Position numbers and translations under genes: made by a program. A stretch of DNA of 64,000 nucleotides from an uncultured Nitrososphaerales archaeon (GTDB lineage: Archaea > Thermoproteota > Nitrososphaeria > Nitrososphaerales > Nitrososphaeraceae), in NCBI GenBank assembly GCA_963713605.1, contig CAVQMO010000012.1, forward strand, positions 325,319 through 389,318, in the 5' to 3' direction. This document shows, in pieces, positions 45,724 through 56,831 of the stretch. Position 1 is the stretch's first letter. Each line of letters starts with the position of its first letter. The notes under the pieces are model-generated. The model searched no databases. It was not told the DNA's origin and saw only the letters and a program-made list of their open reading frames with translations.

Positions 45724-46678
45724 ATGAATGATATTACATTTGGAGTACATTTGCCTATTATAAGATTTGATGGAAACCATACCCATTCAAGAGAACAAAT
45801 TCTTTCGTTTGCATTAAAGGCAGAACAACTTGGATATGACTCATTAAGTGTAAATGATCACATAGTATTTAATACAAGTTGGTTAGATGCCGTAACTGCG
45901 TTGTCTGCAGTTGCAGGAATCACCAACAAGATCAAACTAGGAACTTCCATCTTAAACATAGTTATTAGAAATCCTATTATATCTGCCAGAACTTTATCTT
46001 CCATAGATATTATATCTTCTGGCAGATTATTTGCAGGTGTCGGGCCTGGTTCATCTAAAAAAGACTACGATGTGTGTGGAATATCCTATGAAGATAGGTG
46101 GAAAAGGTTCGACGAGGCTTTACAGATATTACATCTACTTTGGAATACAGAAAGTAGCGAGCCAGAGTTAGCAACTTTCGATGGGATTTATTACAAAATA
46201 AAGAACGTATCTACGGAGCCACAACCAGTTCAGAAACCACATCCCCCAATTCTAATAGGGAGTTGGGGTTCGGAGGCAGGCCTAAAGAGAGTCGCAAAGT
46301 ACAGGAGATGGTTGGATGGCATCTGCTTATAACATCACACCAGAGAAATTTAATGAGAAATGGAAGACAGTTCTTTCATATAGAAGTTCCAATAGTAAGG
46401 ATACCAAATCGTTTCAAAATTCCATGATGAGTATGTTTGGATACATTGATAATGACAAGGAGAAGGTTCATGGAATGGTAAAAAACATATTATCTCCTGT
46501 GTTAGGAAGATCACCAGAAGATTTAGAAAGATTACTTCTTTTTGGATCTGTTGATCATTGCATAAATAAGATAGATACACTTCATGATGTAGGTGTCAAG
46601 CGCGTTCATTTTTGGCCGATATATGACTTTAATGATCAGGTGGAAATTTTTAGTAAAGAGATTGCATCAAATTATTAA
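45724..46678 (+). CDS. LLM-class flavin/F420-dependent oxidoreductase (one +1 frameshift near 46303)
   Basis: AEQLGYDSLSVNDH, SSGRLFAGVG, PVQKPHPPILIG, /GDGWMAS; ~317 aa when repaired. Confidence 0.9.
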
Positions 46679-46865
46679 GGCATATGAAGAAGTTATCAGT
46701 TGTGGCTTTTGAGCTCTTGTGGCTCATTTTAACATCAGCTTCAGGTTGTCAATGTATGCATCAAAGATTCTTAGAAAAGTACAAATGCCCATAGTGTAAC
46801 ATCAAGAACACCAGTAGATTAGCCATTGCTTCCTTCATTTATCTATCACGGAGAAAAAATATGCA

Positions 46866-47357
46866 ATGAAAATTGGATTGATATCAGACACTCATGACAA
46901 TATCCAAAATATCCAAAATGCTATCGTATCTTTCAATGACAAACATGTGAGAGTTGTAATTCATGCAGGCGATATAGTAAGTCCAGAAACGGTAGAGGCT
47001 TTTGATGGGATGAGATTAATCGGAGTGTTAGGGAACAATGATTTAGAGATAAGTAAATTAACTACCGCTTTTGATAAGATAGGAGGACAACTTAAAGGTG
47101 AATTCTGCGAAATAGAGCAGGATAAATTGATATTTGCAGTATATCATGGAACCGACTCAAGAAGAAGGGAATCGCTTATACAATGCGACAAATACGATGT
47201 GGTCATTTGTGGTCATACACACAGAGCTCAAAATAAAAAAATTGGAAAAACTTTATTTATTAATCCTGGGACGGCAAATGGTTGGTTTTTCGGATATGGT
47301 GCGACTGCAGCGATATTTGATACTCTGACCAGAGAACTTGACTTTATACATTTGTAA
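46866..47357 (+). CDS. metallophosphoesterase, YfcE/MJ0936 family
   Basis: SDTH, HAGD, GNND, YHG, GHTH, NPG. Confidence 0.95.
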   Translation: MKIGLISDTHDNIQNIQNAIVSFNDKHVRVVIHAGDIVSPETVEAFDGMRLIGVLGNNDLEISKLTTAFDKIGGQLKGEFCEIEQDKLIFAVYHGTDSRRRESLIQCDKYDVVICGHTHRAQNKKIGKTLFINPGTANGWFFGYGATAAIFDTLTRELDFIHL

Positions 47358-47599
47358 TACCTGTTTGACCTTATGAATTTCAAGAGTACCTAGTGGATGA
47401 AATTCTATAATCCAATATTTCAATGAAAATACATTTACATATACTTATCGCGACTCCCAAAATGCCTTACCTATTCAGGCAAGCTGTGATAAAGTGGTCG
47501 ACTTGATTAGTTTTATATTCATGCGAAGAGATTGTGACTAATCATGCCAGGGACATTCCTTATTCGAATTAAAAAAGTATTTTTAGACATTCAATAAAA

Positions 47600-48781
47600 A
47601 TGAAGAATTCTGGTAATGCGGAATGGAAAGAAGAAAAGGAACGTCACGATTCATGGCTTGAGCTATTCCATGATTTAGTTTTTGTGGCAGTAGTATCCCA
47701 ATTATCAGAAAATCTAAGTCATGATATTTCTTGGCCAGGCATACTAAGCTTTATTGCACTTTTCATTCCTGTATGGTTTGCATGGCTTGGTGCTACTTTT
47801 TTTGCTACAAGATTTGGCACTGACGACCTAGCGCATAGAATATTGACTTTACTGCAGATGATGGGAGCAGCACGCTATGGCTGTAAATGTTACACATGGA
47901 CTTGGTGAAACCTCGGCTGGTTTTGCTCTCTCCTATGCTGCAATTAGATCTCTTCTAGTTATAGAGTATGTTCGTATTGGACGCCGTATTCCCCTTGCTC
48001 GACCCCTGACAGAAAAGTACATCGATTGGTTTTGCAATATCTGCTGCAATCTGGGTAGTGTCATCGTTTGTACCACCACCCTTACGATTCATTTTATGGG
48101 GAATAGGTTTGACCATAGATTTCGTAACACCATTTTTGGCTGGACAATTAGCCATCAAGTTCGCGCCGAATATATCCCATTTACCGGAACGGATGGGACT
48201 CTTTGTTATTATCGTACCTAGGGGAATCAATTTTAGGAGTAGTAGCTGGTCTTGCTGGTCATGAATGGAATATTTATTCATCTTTGTCAGTAGGTTTAGG
48301 ACTAAGTATTCCGTTTAGTCTGTGGTGGATATACTTTGATAATGTAGGCGGTTCTGCCATAAGGGCAGCTACTGAAAGAGGTAGAAAAGGCATATACTAT
48401 ATTTGGCTGTACATACACTTTCCATTAATAGTTGGGCTGGCGGCAATTGGGATTGGCATAAAACAAGTAGCATCAAGTAACCAAGAAATCTCGTTACCCT
48501 TTTCAGATCTTTGGCTTATTTGTGGTTCGGTGTCCGGCTGTTTATTCGTTCAGGCTATACTTCATCTTGTAGCCGTAGAAGATTCAGATGTTGAACACAA
48601 GACAAGAAAAAAATGGGCTACGTATAGGATTATCTCTGCCATTGTTGTAATTTCTCTAGCAATTCTAGGCTTGTACTTACTTCCAGTGGTTCTGATGTCT
48701 ATTTTAGCATTTATATGTGCACTTCAGATAGTTCTTGATCTAAGAGACCATCCTCATCATAGGATCTTTAGATTGTGGTAG
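47600..48781 (+). CDS. ltrA: low temperature requirement protein A family (three +1 frameshifts)
   Basis: SWLELFHDLVFV, HLPERMGLFVIIV/LGESI, LWWIYFD, YIHFPL; successive frames each shift by +1. Confidence 0.88.
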
Positions 48782-48904
48782 CTATTGAGCTGAAGAAATT
48801 CTCTATTTCGGAAGTGAATATGTTAGCCATTATTCTGCTTCAGGTGGGATGTATACAAGATTTGAGTATTATCAGGCCATTCCTGATGATGAGGTACAAA
48901 ATAT

Positions 48905-49128
48905 GAATTATTCAAAGACTAAGCTTCCACTGCCAGGTACCTGGGTCTAGGAGGAGGATACACTCAAGCATTTGGAGGTAATATCACTGTGCCTGCTGTC
49001 ATATATGGAATGGATAAAGTAGCTCGAAATGTGCAACAGGTATTGTAGTTCCAAATTCAGGACATTGGATTCTAGAGGAACAACAGAAATTTCTCAGTGA
49101 ACAACTTACAAAGTTCTTCACCCAATGA
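48905..49128 (+). pseudogene. alpha/beta-hydrolase (epoxide hydrolase-like) C-terminal fragment
   Basis: SKTKLPLP/LGLGG..IVVPNSGHWILEEQQKFLSEQLTKFF. Confidence 0.7.
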
Positions 49129-49449
49129 ATTTATTACCATTTAACTTTCTTACTAACCATTATAATCTTACACAATTTCAGCGAATATTAAGGTTGAACT
49201 TGCATTTAAAACCCATATGTGAGTTTAATATCTCAAAAGAGCAAAGTACGAATAGGTGCTACGCTAATGGAGATTCAGTCTAATTATCGCTGTTGCCGTT
49301 TTCGTTGCTATTATCATCTTAGGACAATGATTATCCCTTTCTTGAGCCTGTCGTTAGTCTTCCTCCGGTTGGGATTCTTGTTGACCTCTAGATGTAACTT
49401 TTCCAATCGGATTGGAATCAATTGAAATTCAATAAGATAGTATTTACGT

Positions 49450-50748
49450 TTAGATTATTGGTTGATTAGTTTTTGTTTTTTCCCAGATATGGGCTATTAT
49501 CTCAGAAACAGTCTGTTCTAAAGAACCATTAAACTTTTCATGCCATAGTTTAGCTACATAATCCCCAGGACTGTTTTTGTTTTCTATCCGTTTCTCTAAT
49601 ATATTTAAAAATTCTTCCTTTAAACCAAGATCAGCTAGACCTTTCTTCGCGAAGTCAATTTGACTTCTTATTGTATCTATAACATTAAAGTGACTTTGAG
49701 CATTATAGCCTGACCTAACAACAGCTATCCTTTCTTCTCTTAAAACTGATAATGGCCGTAATTGCCTCTCTTCATTAATCGCTCTATATAAGTATCCAAT
49801 AAAATATTCGATCATTGAAAGTAATGATTTAGGGGTTGGTTGCACTGACATTACTCTTGTTTCAATTCGATAAAAATTAGAGTTCAGCCTAATGCGTGCA
49901 TCATCATGTCTTTCCTTCTCAAGTTCAAAATAGTCTTTTGCAATTACAGGTTTTCTTGAAGTTATATAATCAATATAATCCTCTACACCATCTAAATATT
50001 TTGAAATAGATGGAAATCCAGAATTCTGTTCTTCTGATTGATCATAAAGATAAATTCGTGGTTCATGAAAAGAGAATATCTTGCCAGCAAATAATCTGCT
50101 ATTAGCTCCAAGTAGTATAGCTGATGGAATTATGTTTAATATATGATTGAACATAAGAGCAGTATGAGCTGAGTTTTGACCTTGTAGGTGAAGATGAAAG
50201 CCTTGTATTGCAGTAGCTATCTGCAGAGCTCTTATTTTTAGTCCATCAATTTCAACATCAGGAATTTTACTTTGCCATTTTGCCAGTTTTTTGTATCGTG
50301 GTTTATTTGTAATCAATTCCTTTCTTAAAATCTGTGGTGAAGGATTGGCACCTAAGAATACAGGATATACCATCTTTCTATCCTTGTATACTTTTTGAAT
50401 CGTTTTATCCATATAATCTATAAATTGTTCAAATAACATATTGAGCTCAAAGATATTCTCCATATTCGTTGGCGGAGTTCTGAATTCAAATTGACACGAA
50501 CCATACTCATAATCGACCTGATATTCAGTTTCTTTTAGTTTTTCTATTAATGGCTGTGCATTAACTACTCTTGCTTGGCTATCAACCAAACATATTTCAA
50601 TTTCAATTCCTATTCTAAATTGTTCATCATATTTTTCAGAATCAGTTTGAATCCTTTGTTTTAGAGCTTTGGCTTGTTTATTTATCTGAGAATTTGACTT
50701 ATATTGATTATAAGAATCATTATTTGGATGGTGAAAATTCGGAACCAC
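49450..50748 (-). CDS. glutamate--cysteine ligase family 2 (GCS2)-like protein
   Basis: IGIEIE, QFEFRT, GFHLHL, GANSRLFAG, RIETRVM. Confidence 0.85.
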   Translation of the reverse strand: MVPNFHHPNNDSYNQYKSNSQINKQAKALKQRIQTDSEKYDEQFRIGIEIEICLVDSQARVVNAQPLIEKLKETEYQVDYEYGSCQFEFRTPPTNMENIFELNMLFEQFIDYMDKTIQKVYKDRKMVYPVFLGANPSPQILRKELITNKPRYKKLAKWQSKIPDVEIDGLKIRALQIATAIQGFHLHLQGQNSAHTALMFNHILNIIPSAILLGANSRLFAGKIFSFHEPRIYLYDQSEEQNSGFPSISKYLDGVEDYIDYITSRKPVIAKDYFELEKERHDDARIRLNSNFYRIETRVMSVQPTPKSLLSMIEYFIGYLYRAINEERQLRPLSVLREERIAVVRSGYNAQSHFNVIDTIRSQIDFAKKGLADLGLKEEFLNILEKRIENKNSPGDYVAKLWHEKFNGSLEQTVSEIIAHIWEKTKTNQPII

Positions 50749-50977
50749 TGACTTATATCAATCATAAACATACTTCTTTATAACTTTACAAATATCGGTA
50801 AGAAGATAAGCAGTTCTGAGGAAGAAGACGAAGATAGTCAATCTGGTAACGGACCTGGTTCAGAAGAAGAATAAGATTTCATTGCATACCTTTACAGTCT
50901 TCATAAATTCCAGACCGATTTGGAATCAGTTCTAAATGAACATATAAATTTTCTGAACCCTACAATACCAAAGTAAA

Positions 50978-51113
50978 CTATATCTTATCGCTCTCTATGT
51001 GCTTATATCCCATATTTTTTGAGGTTATTTGCTATATCAGCAGCAGGGATACGTGCGTTCTTGCTCAGGCTAGAGAGGATCACCTTGTCTATTTCATCAA
51101 TTATCAGTGTCAA
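50978..51113 (-). repeat. near-identical copy of the 5' end of the Lrp-GAF gene
   Basis: Matches 53372-53510 with a few substitutions and indels. Confidence 0.92.
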
Positions 51114-51128
51114 GACAAAATATGCCAT

Positions 51129-51242
51129 ATGATTCTTATTATGATTTCCATATCGGAAAAACTTACCTTATTCATTTAACTTTATTTTTAAATGAAAAAG
51201 ATTTCACTTTCCTAAAGGGAAATTCTAATCATAGAACGATTT
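51129..51242. repeat. non-coding dispersed repeat with TTTCC-N5-GGAAA palindromes (copy 1)
   Basis: First 34 bp identical to 59482-59515, then diverged similarity to ~59595. Confidence 0.8.
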
Positions 51243-51280
51243 CCGTGGAAGATATTTACTGACAATCACTATAATAACTT

Positions 51281-51592
51281 ATGAAACAAGATTATTTTGA
51301 AATGGATCGTGTAATTGAAGACCTAGCTAAAACCTATGCAGCTCCGTGTGCCACTAGTTGGTTTAAGGTTAGCAACATCAAGAAACCTTCACTAGAAGAG
51401 TACAGAAAAAAGGTAGTAGAGTTTATGAAACATTTTGAGCGGGCATTGTCAGATTTTTATCCAAATGATGCACAGTCAGAACAATTCAAGGAGTATGTGA
51501 GAAGTGGTCTGCGAAGAGCTATCTATAGCATTAATAGCGGCAATAGTAAAGAAGTAGAAAGAAGGTACAAGTATTATACGGATTACAACTAG
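51281..51592 (+). CDS. conserved hypothetical protein
   Basis: 103 aa ATG ORF with helical composition; TATTTA upstream. Confidence 0.8.
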   Translation: MKQDYFEMDRVIEDLAKTYAAPCATSWFKVSNIKKPSLEEYRKKVVEFMKHFERALSDFYPNDAQSEQFKEYVRSGLRRAIYSINSGNSKEVERRYKYYTDYN

Positions 51593-51618
51593 AAAAAAGG
51601 AATAGGAAGCATATACTA

Positions 51619-52258
51619 GTGAAATTTGAGATGGTTGACTTTCATAGGCTAGCAATACCAATCATCGTTCTTCTGGTAGTAGGCGGAACCGTTAGTTTTT
51701 TCTTAGCATATGGTTTTTACCCAGAGAAACATGTCAATGTGCAAATAAATGGGGAGTGTTATGAGTTTTTAGATGATGCTCATTTAAAGTACAAGAAGTT
51801 GCAGGCTGAAAGAGAATTATTGGTGTTAAGGCTTCAGGCCAATGCAATAGAGTCACCTAATGCAATAATACCGGTGATTTTTAGTGGAACTGGAGCAGAA
51901 ATTGATGATTTAATATCGGAGTATAACATAAAGATGATTACCTCTCAGAGAATAGAGGCTAACAATAATCACATAGATAAATACATAGTCAAAGCAACTA
52001 TATCAAAGCAAGATTTAGAGAGAATAATAAATGATTTAACTGTGAAAGATTTTGATCCACTGAAAAAGACAATATTTGGTAATATTGGATTACAGTCCAA
52101 TTCGTATATAACAGAGGAGCAAGGGAAACGAATCTCATTATACTCTAATGACTTTATGCGCAATGGAATTCAGAAAATAATGGATGATGGCAGCGGGTAC
52201 TGACATCGATTATGATGGAGTAAAACAAGCAGAATGCCGCACAAAAATACAATACTAA
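51619..52258 (+). CDS. membrane-anchored hypothetical protein (+1 frameshift near 52195)
   Basis: N-terminal TM segment; removing one G extends the frame to DGVKQAECRTKIQY*. Confidence 0.7.
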
Positions 52259-52503
52259 CTTGATGCAACAATTGACTTAGCCTGAGCATGATGCAAGAAT
52301 TTGCTAAGCTCAAAAAAAGACATGCTTGATGGCTATTACTATATTTTATTTCAGATCAGTCTACTATAGAATAACATGTGTATCCACCATTGCAGTACTC
52401 CGCGACGAGGGAAAATCCTACTGTCCATCACTTTAACTTTATGGCGAAAAAAAGTAAACTAAAAGCAGTCATGCTAATCCAAAGTTCTACTATCTTATAG
52501 ATA

Positions 52504-53502
52504 TCAGATTACATTCAAAAATTCCTGTATTTCAAACAGGCTTGACAGCTCTTTAGAAATTTGATCACAGAATATTCCAAGGAGTTCAAAATCAGCCGGT
52601 GAAAAATATCGCTCACTAAATATAGCTAGGACACCAACGCTTGTATTCTTATACATTATAGGATAGCCTGCAAATGATCTTAACTTCTCTTTCTTTGCCC
52701 AATCCTGATGTCTTATTCTCGGATCATTTGACACATCGTTCGTGATGGCTGGCTTATGGGTCTTTACTATTGGGCCTATTTTATTTGAGTCAATGTCCAC
52801 CTTTGAAAATTCACCATTGATATTCTTGTACATTCCTGCGCTATATTTCAAAATTAAATTCCTTCTATCTTTGTCCAGTAACCATATACGAGCAAATTTT
52901 GCATCAAAGTACCTGACCAGACTCTCCACTATTAACTGAAGTTTGACATTAAGATTCTCGTGTTTTTTCAAAGAGTTAAGAATCCTATAAGCTCGCCATT
53001 TCCTTTCATTTAGCTGTTGTTCATCAAAAACTACATACGGTGATGCTTTTATTGTACTTGATTCATAGGAACGATAATCTTGAATTAACTCTGCAAATCT
53101 ATGCAGAAAGTTGTCGCTCTCCAGTTCATACTGTTCTGTAGAATCAAAAATAAAATGGCCTACCCAATCCAAATCACCATTCAATCTTGCAGAATAAACA
53201 CAAAATGTCGCTTCTTCAACATATTTATTCAATCTATCTATTAGAATGTGAGAATCCTTAGTAAATCTGAATTTAAGCATAATTGTTCTGCTTATCTTTT
53301 CCGAAGTGAGTGATGGATTAAAGATTGCTGAATAACCCAAGACAATATTATTTTGTTCTAATCTTCGTAATCTATATCTTATCGCCCTTTCTGTTATCTT
53401 ATATCCCATATTTTTGAGGTTATTTGCTATATCAGCAGCAGGGATACGTGCGTTCTTGCTCAGGCTAGAGAGGATCACCTTGTCGATTTCATCAATTATC
53501 AA
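52504..53502 (-). CDS. Lrp/AsnC-type regulator fused to a GAF domain
   Basis: IDEIDKVIL..NAR..ITERAIRYRLRRLE HTH; NDVSNDPR..SFAGYPI..VGVLAIFS GAF. Confidence 0.9.
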   Translation of the reverse strand: MIIDEIDKVILSSLSKNARIPAADIANNLKNMGYKITERAIRYRLRRLEQNNIVLGYSAIFNPSLTSEKISRTIMLKFRFTKDSHILIDRLNKYVEEATFCVYSARLNGDLDWVGHFIFDSTEQYELESDNFLHRFAELIQDYRSYESSTIKASPYVVFDEQQLNERKWRAYRILNSLKKHENLNVKLQLIVESLVRYFDAKFARIWLLDKDRRNLILKYSAGMYKNINGEFSKVDIDSNKIGPIVKTHKPAITNDVSNDPRIRHQDWAKKEKLRSFAGYPIMYKNTSVGVLAIFSERYFSPADFELLGIFCDQISKELSSLFEIQEFLNVI

Positions 53503-53758
53503 AGTGTCAAAATAGTATATATCACATTATGCTATATAGATTGATTAGTATATAGATAGATTAGAATTACAATTAACATCAACTGGCTTATATAATACTC
53601 TTTGATCGGTAATATCTTGTGTTTTCCATAATATATTGACAAAAGTAGATGCGAATAAGCAATAGATCAATACTAAAGAAATAGGAATAACGATATTATT
53701 ATTCCACGAATCAGTAGTTTTTATGCTTCCGTCGCGTACAATGCTATCGCAATTAATT

Positions 53759-54121
53759 TTATACGATCTCAGCTACTAAATCAGTTAAGCGATCTGTGTC
53801 AAATGGTTTTAGTATGTAAATTGATATGTAATTACCATCTTCTAATTCTTTTATGAGCACATCATCTACATTATATGCTGAATTGAGAATTATTTTGGTT
53901 TCATTGCATTCGTGTATTTTGCGAGCAACAGAATCGCCCAGCATGCCACCTAAATTGTAATCCAAGAGTATGGAAGATATCTTGTTACCCCGGCTTGTTT
54001 CTTCTGCGTACCTTTCAATACACTCTTCGCCAGAATTTACCATTATTACATCATATCTTGACTCGAACATTAACCCAAATAATAAACGCATGTCTTGTTC
54101 ATCGTCACATATCATCATCAT
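53759..54121 (-). CDS. single-domain response regulator (receiver)
   Basis: CDDE, ILLDY (phospho-Asp), SAY, KPF; the start may lie slightly upstream. Confidence 0.88.
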   Translation of the reverse strand: MMMICDDEQDMRLLFGLMFESRYDVIMVNSGEECIERYAEETSRGNKISSILLDYNLGGMLGDSVARKIHECNETKIILNSAYNVDDVLIKELEDGNYISIYILKPFDTDRLTDLVAEIV

Positions 54122-54434
54122 TTTCTTTTTTACTTCAAATTACTTTGATCAAATTTCAATTTCTGGGTCTCCATTTCACTTATTCTCCGCTCTTCACAGC
54201 TTTCCCGTGTTCCAGACTATATATGTCGATACACAGTTATATACAATCCTATATATGATCGCACATAGTTCCAATATTATAGTATCTATGTAGATGAGTA
54301 TTACGCGGTGGAAGCCCGCTGTTGTTTTGCTCATATAGAAGATCAGCGAAAGCCTCTGCTAACCCATTTGCTTCGGTCGGTGAAAATCGTCATCTAATCA
54401 TTAGTTGATGACAGGCTTTTCTTAACAGACAGTT

Positions 54435-55081
54435 CTATGTGTAAACCTCTCTTTGTCTATTAACTGATAACTCTACTGCAGTTTCTCTTGCTGTGTTTGC
54501 GATGGTTTTTGCATTATCCACATTTATTCTTGAAAGCTCTTTTGTATATCGTTGTGCTCGTTCGAATGCGTTTCCAAAAGCTTCAATATTTCCAAATAAG
54601 ATGTCATTGCCTATTCTTACTGATGCTGAGAGGTTTTCAGCAATATTGTTAACTGACCTGACATATGTCTCTGCGGGGACTTTCGGAGAAAACCAGTAAT
54701 CATGTAATCTATTAGCATTTTCATAATACGGAGTGCAGAGTTAATGAGCGAATCAACTACTGACTTTTGAGCTTCAATATAATCTTCTACCATTTTTCCA
54801 GTCGATTCTAATACTTGTTCTTGATAGTGAGTAACTACAGTTGTGAATCGTGGAATTTGAGTTCTTGCTTCGTCTATTGATTTTCTTACATTCTCTTTTG
54901 TTTCATCTAATGATTTGTGAAATGTGCGTTGAAAATCTTGTACTGCTACTAGTTGTTGTTGTTGCTGTTGTCCAACTTTTTGTAGAGTTTGGGCTGCATC
55001 GTTTTTATCTCTTATACTTTTGGCTTCTTCAGCGACTCTTTGAGTGTCTTCAATAGCTTTAACTTGTTCTGTTTTGGACAT
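54435..55081 (-). CDS. all-helical Gln-rich protein (one -1 frameshift near 54735)
   Basis: Second frame continues PYYENANRLHDYWFSPKVPAETYVRSV...REVYT*; ~215 aa. Confidence 0.75.
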
Positions 55082-55462
55082 CTAACGATAGTTATATAAA
55101 TACTGGCAATTTAATGGAATTTGTCCCCATATTAGGTAACATCAGGCGTATTGTGGGATTAATACAGCGTACGTTCTAATATTATTAGTTAATAGATGCG
55201 ATATCTATAGCCTGGTTGGTCATAATGCAATAGATATATTCAACATCGAGATTGTTCTGTGATTCTTCAATAAATATCAATTCCGTCGAAAATAATATGC
55301 CTATAAGCATGAATTCTTTCATCAGTGATTATGGAATAAGATGAACAAGTAAAGAAACAAAAGGCGTATACTAAATTTGTGCACACTGCATACTCAGTCT
55401 GTATCAAAATAATGAATAATTAACTTCTAAATAAAAGGCAGAGAATGTAATGGCAGCTGAAT

Positions 55463-55804
55463 CTAAAAATATATTGGTACGTGATGTTTCTTAGTAGCAG
55501 ACTGCTTATCTACGATGTCATTGCTTCTACTGAACTCTATCTCCATGCCCCGTGTTACATTGTAATCTATTCTAAATGACTCGTTTGTGGAAATTGGTAT
55601 TTGCATAATATCATGAGAATTACAAACATGACAACGGAGAACTTTTAATGAAGTCTCCAAGTCGTCAATACTGAAATAAGATGCACACCAATAACAAGAA
55701 TTGCAAATTACAAAGTAAATATGATCTATGCGTCTCAGTGCACTTGTGTTATTTTCTCTTTCTATAGTATTAGAAGAGAATTTGGTTTTTTGAAGTAGAG
55801 ACAT
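55463..55804 (-). CDS. zinc-ribbon hypothetical protein
   Basis: FVICNSCYWCAS..CHVC..IPISTNESF. Confidence 0.75.
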   Translation of the reverse strand: MSLLQKTKFSSNTIERENNTSALRRIDHIYFVICNSCYWCASYFSIDDLETSLKVLRCHVCNSHDIMQIPISTNESFRIDYNVTRGMEIEFSRSNDIVDKQSATKKHHVPIYF

Positions 55805-56060
55805 TTTTAAGAATCTCAAAGGCTAATCTGTTTAACTCCAGCGCTTCATTTCCGTAAGCCTGCAAACCGTACTGTCTACCGTCATTGCAGGTTACCTCTA
55901 CAAATGAATACTCTATTCCATTGGCCAGATGCAATAAACTCGGAGTTATTTCAGTTATTTGGCATGAGTTTTGCAAATGATGTAGTGCATCTATGCTGCT
56001 GCTGTAATCGATGGATATAGTTTGTGGCAGAGTTTCAGTTTCAGAGTTAGAATCTGTCAT
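55770..56060 (-). CDS. hypothetical protein
   Basis: Operonic ORF; YSFVEVTCNDGRQYGLQAYG. Confidence 0.75.
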   Translation of the reverse strand: MTDSNSETETLPQTISIDYSSSIDALHHLQNSCQITEITPSLLHLANGIEYSFVEVTCNDGRQYGLQAYGNEALELNRLAFEILKNVSTSKNQILF

Positions 56061-56061
56061 T

Positions 56062-56553
56062 TTACCCAGTTAAAGAGTTTGCTCTAAAGGCGTATGAAGA
56101 GCTTGAGCTTGGCCATACTGCATAGTTATCAATTATTTGAACAACTCCATCTGGATATGTAACCGTGAATTTGTATAGGCCCGATGGTAAGTCATTTATC
56201 ATATAAGCACCATCAGAGTTGGTTGTTACTGAAGTAGAGTAGCCTGGATTCTTGTCTACTGAACCTGTTAGTCCCATATGTTTGTAGACAAGTAGTGATG
56301 CTCCAGATACTGGCAAGCCAGATGAACCTATTACAAAGCCATTTACACTACCAAGATCTGTGACTGGTATTGTTGTTGCTGCTATCTCTTCAGAAGATTG
56401 AGGTGATGGAAATGGAGTAGTAATAATGAAAGTGGAGATTGCTATAATTGCACCAATTCCAAGACCGGCACCAAGAATTATTACGATTGCCACAATACTA
56501 CTTAGTTTGTAGTGAAGCTCTTTATCATGAACAGATTTTATAGCTAATGTCAT
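56062..56553 (-). CDS. membrane-anchored carboxypeptidase-regulatory-like (prealbumin-fold) domain protein
   Basis: TM segment, GSVNGFV..GLPVSGA..TTNSDGAY..LPSGLY; GGAGGTGA RBS upstream. Confidence 0.85.
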   Translation of the reverse strand: MTLAIKSVHDKELHYKLSSIVAIVIILGAGLGIGAIIAISTFIITTPFPSPQSSEEIAATTIPVTDLGSVNGFVIGSSGLPVSGASLLVYKHMGLTGSVDKNPGYSTSVTTNSDGAYMINDLPSGLYKFTVTYPDGVVQIIDNYAVWPSSSSSYAFRANSLTG

Positions 56554-56831
56554 CTAATCACTATCACCTCCCTTTCATATAGTAGTCCAGTTGTCTCTAA
56601 GACGGCATACTTGTTTGAAAGAGAAGAAGGTGGTTCTATCATCAAATTATGATAGAGCCAACTTGCTTAATTATTGGTGTATCATAGGCCGGTTAGAAAT
56701 ATCAACAGATTGTAAAATGCATAATCGTATGTACATTAGTAGTAATGCAGCCACAGAACTCAGGTTCCGGCACTACAATTAATGCATAATCTTTATGCTT
56801 CTTAATTAATCGGATTCAATATCTGACTAAT

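Noticed and set aside
11759..48781. Programmed frameshifting system across many genes
   Set aside because: No shared slippery sequence, unrelated genes, and up to three shifts in one gene; sequencing error is more parsimonious
51129..51242. Replication origin ORB elements
   Set aside because: Palindrome spacing differs from the ORB core, there is no G-string and no cdc6/orc1 nearby
50978..53510. Diversity-generating retroelement TR/VR pair (also 37615/38097)
   Set aside because: No reverse transcriptase in the window; differences are not adenine-specific, include indels, or are absent
54300..54390. Structured ncRNA or IS200/605 end
   Set aside because: Locally GC-richer, but no convincing fold, second copy or transposase
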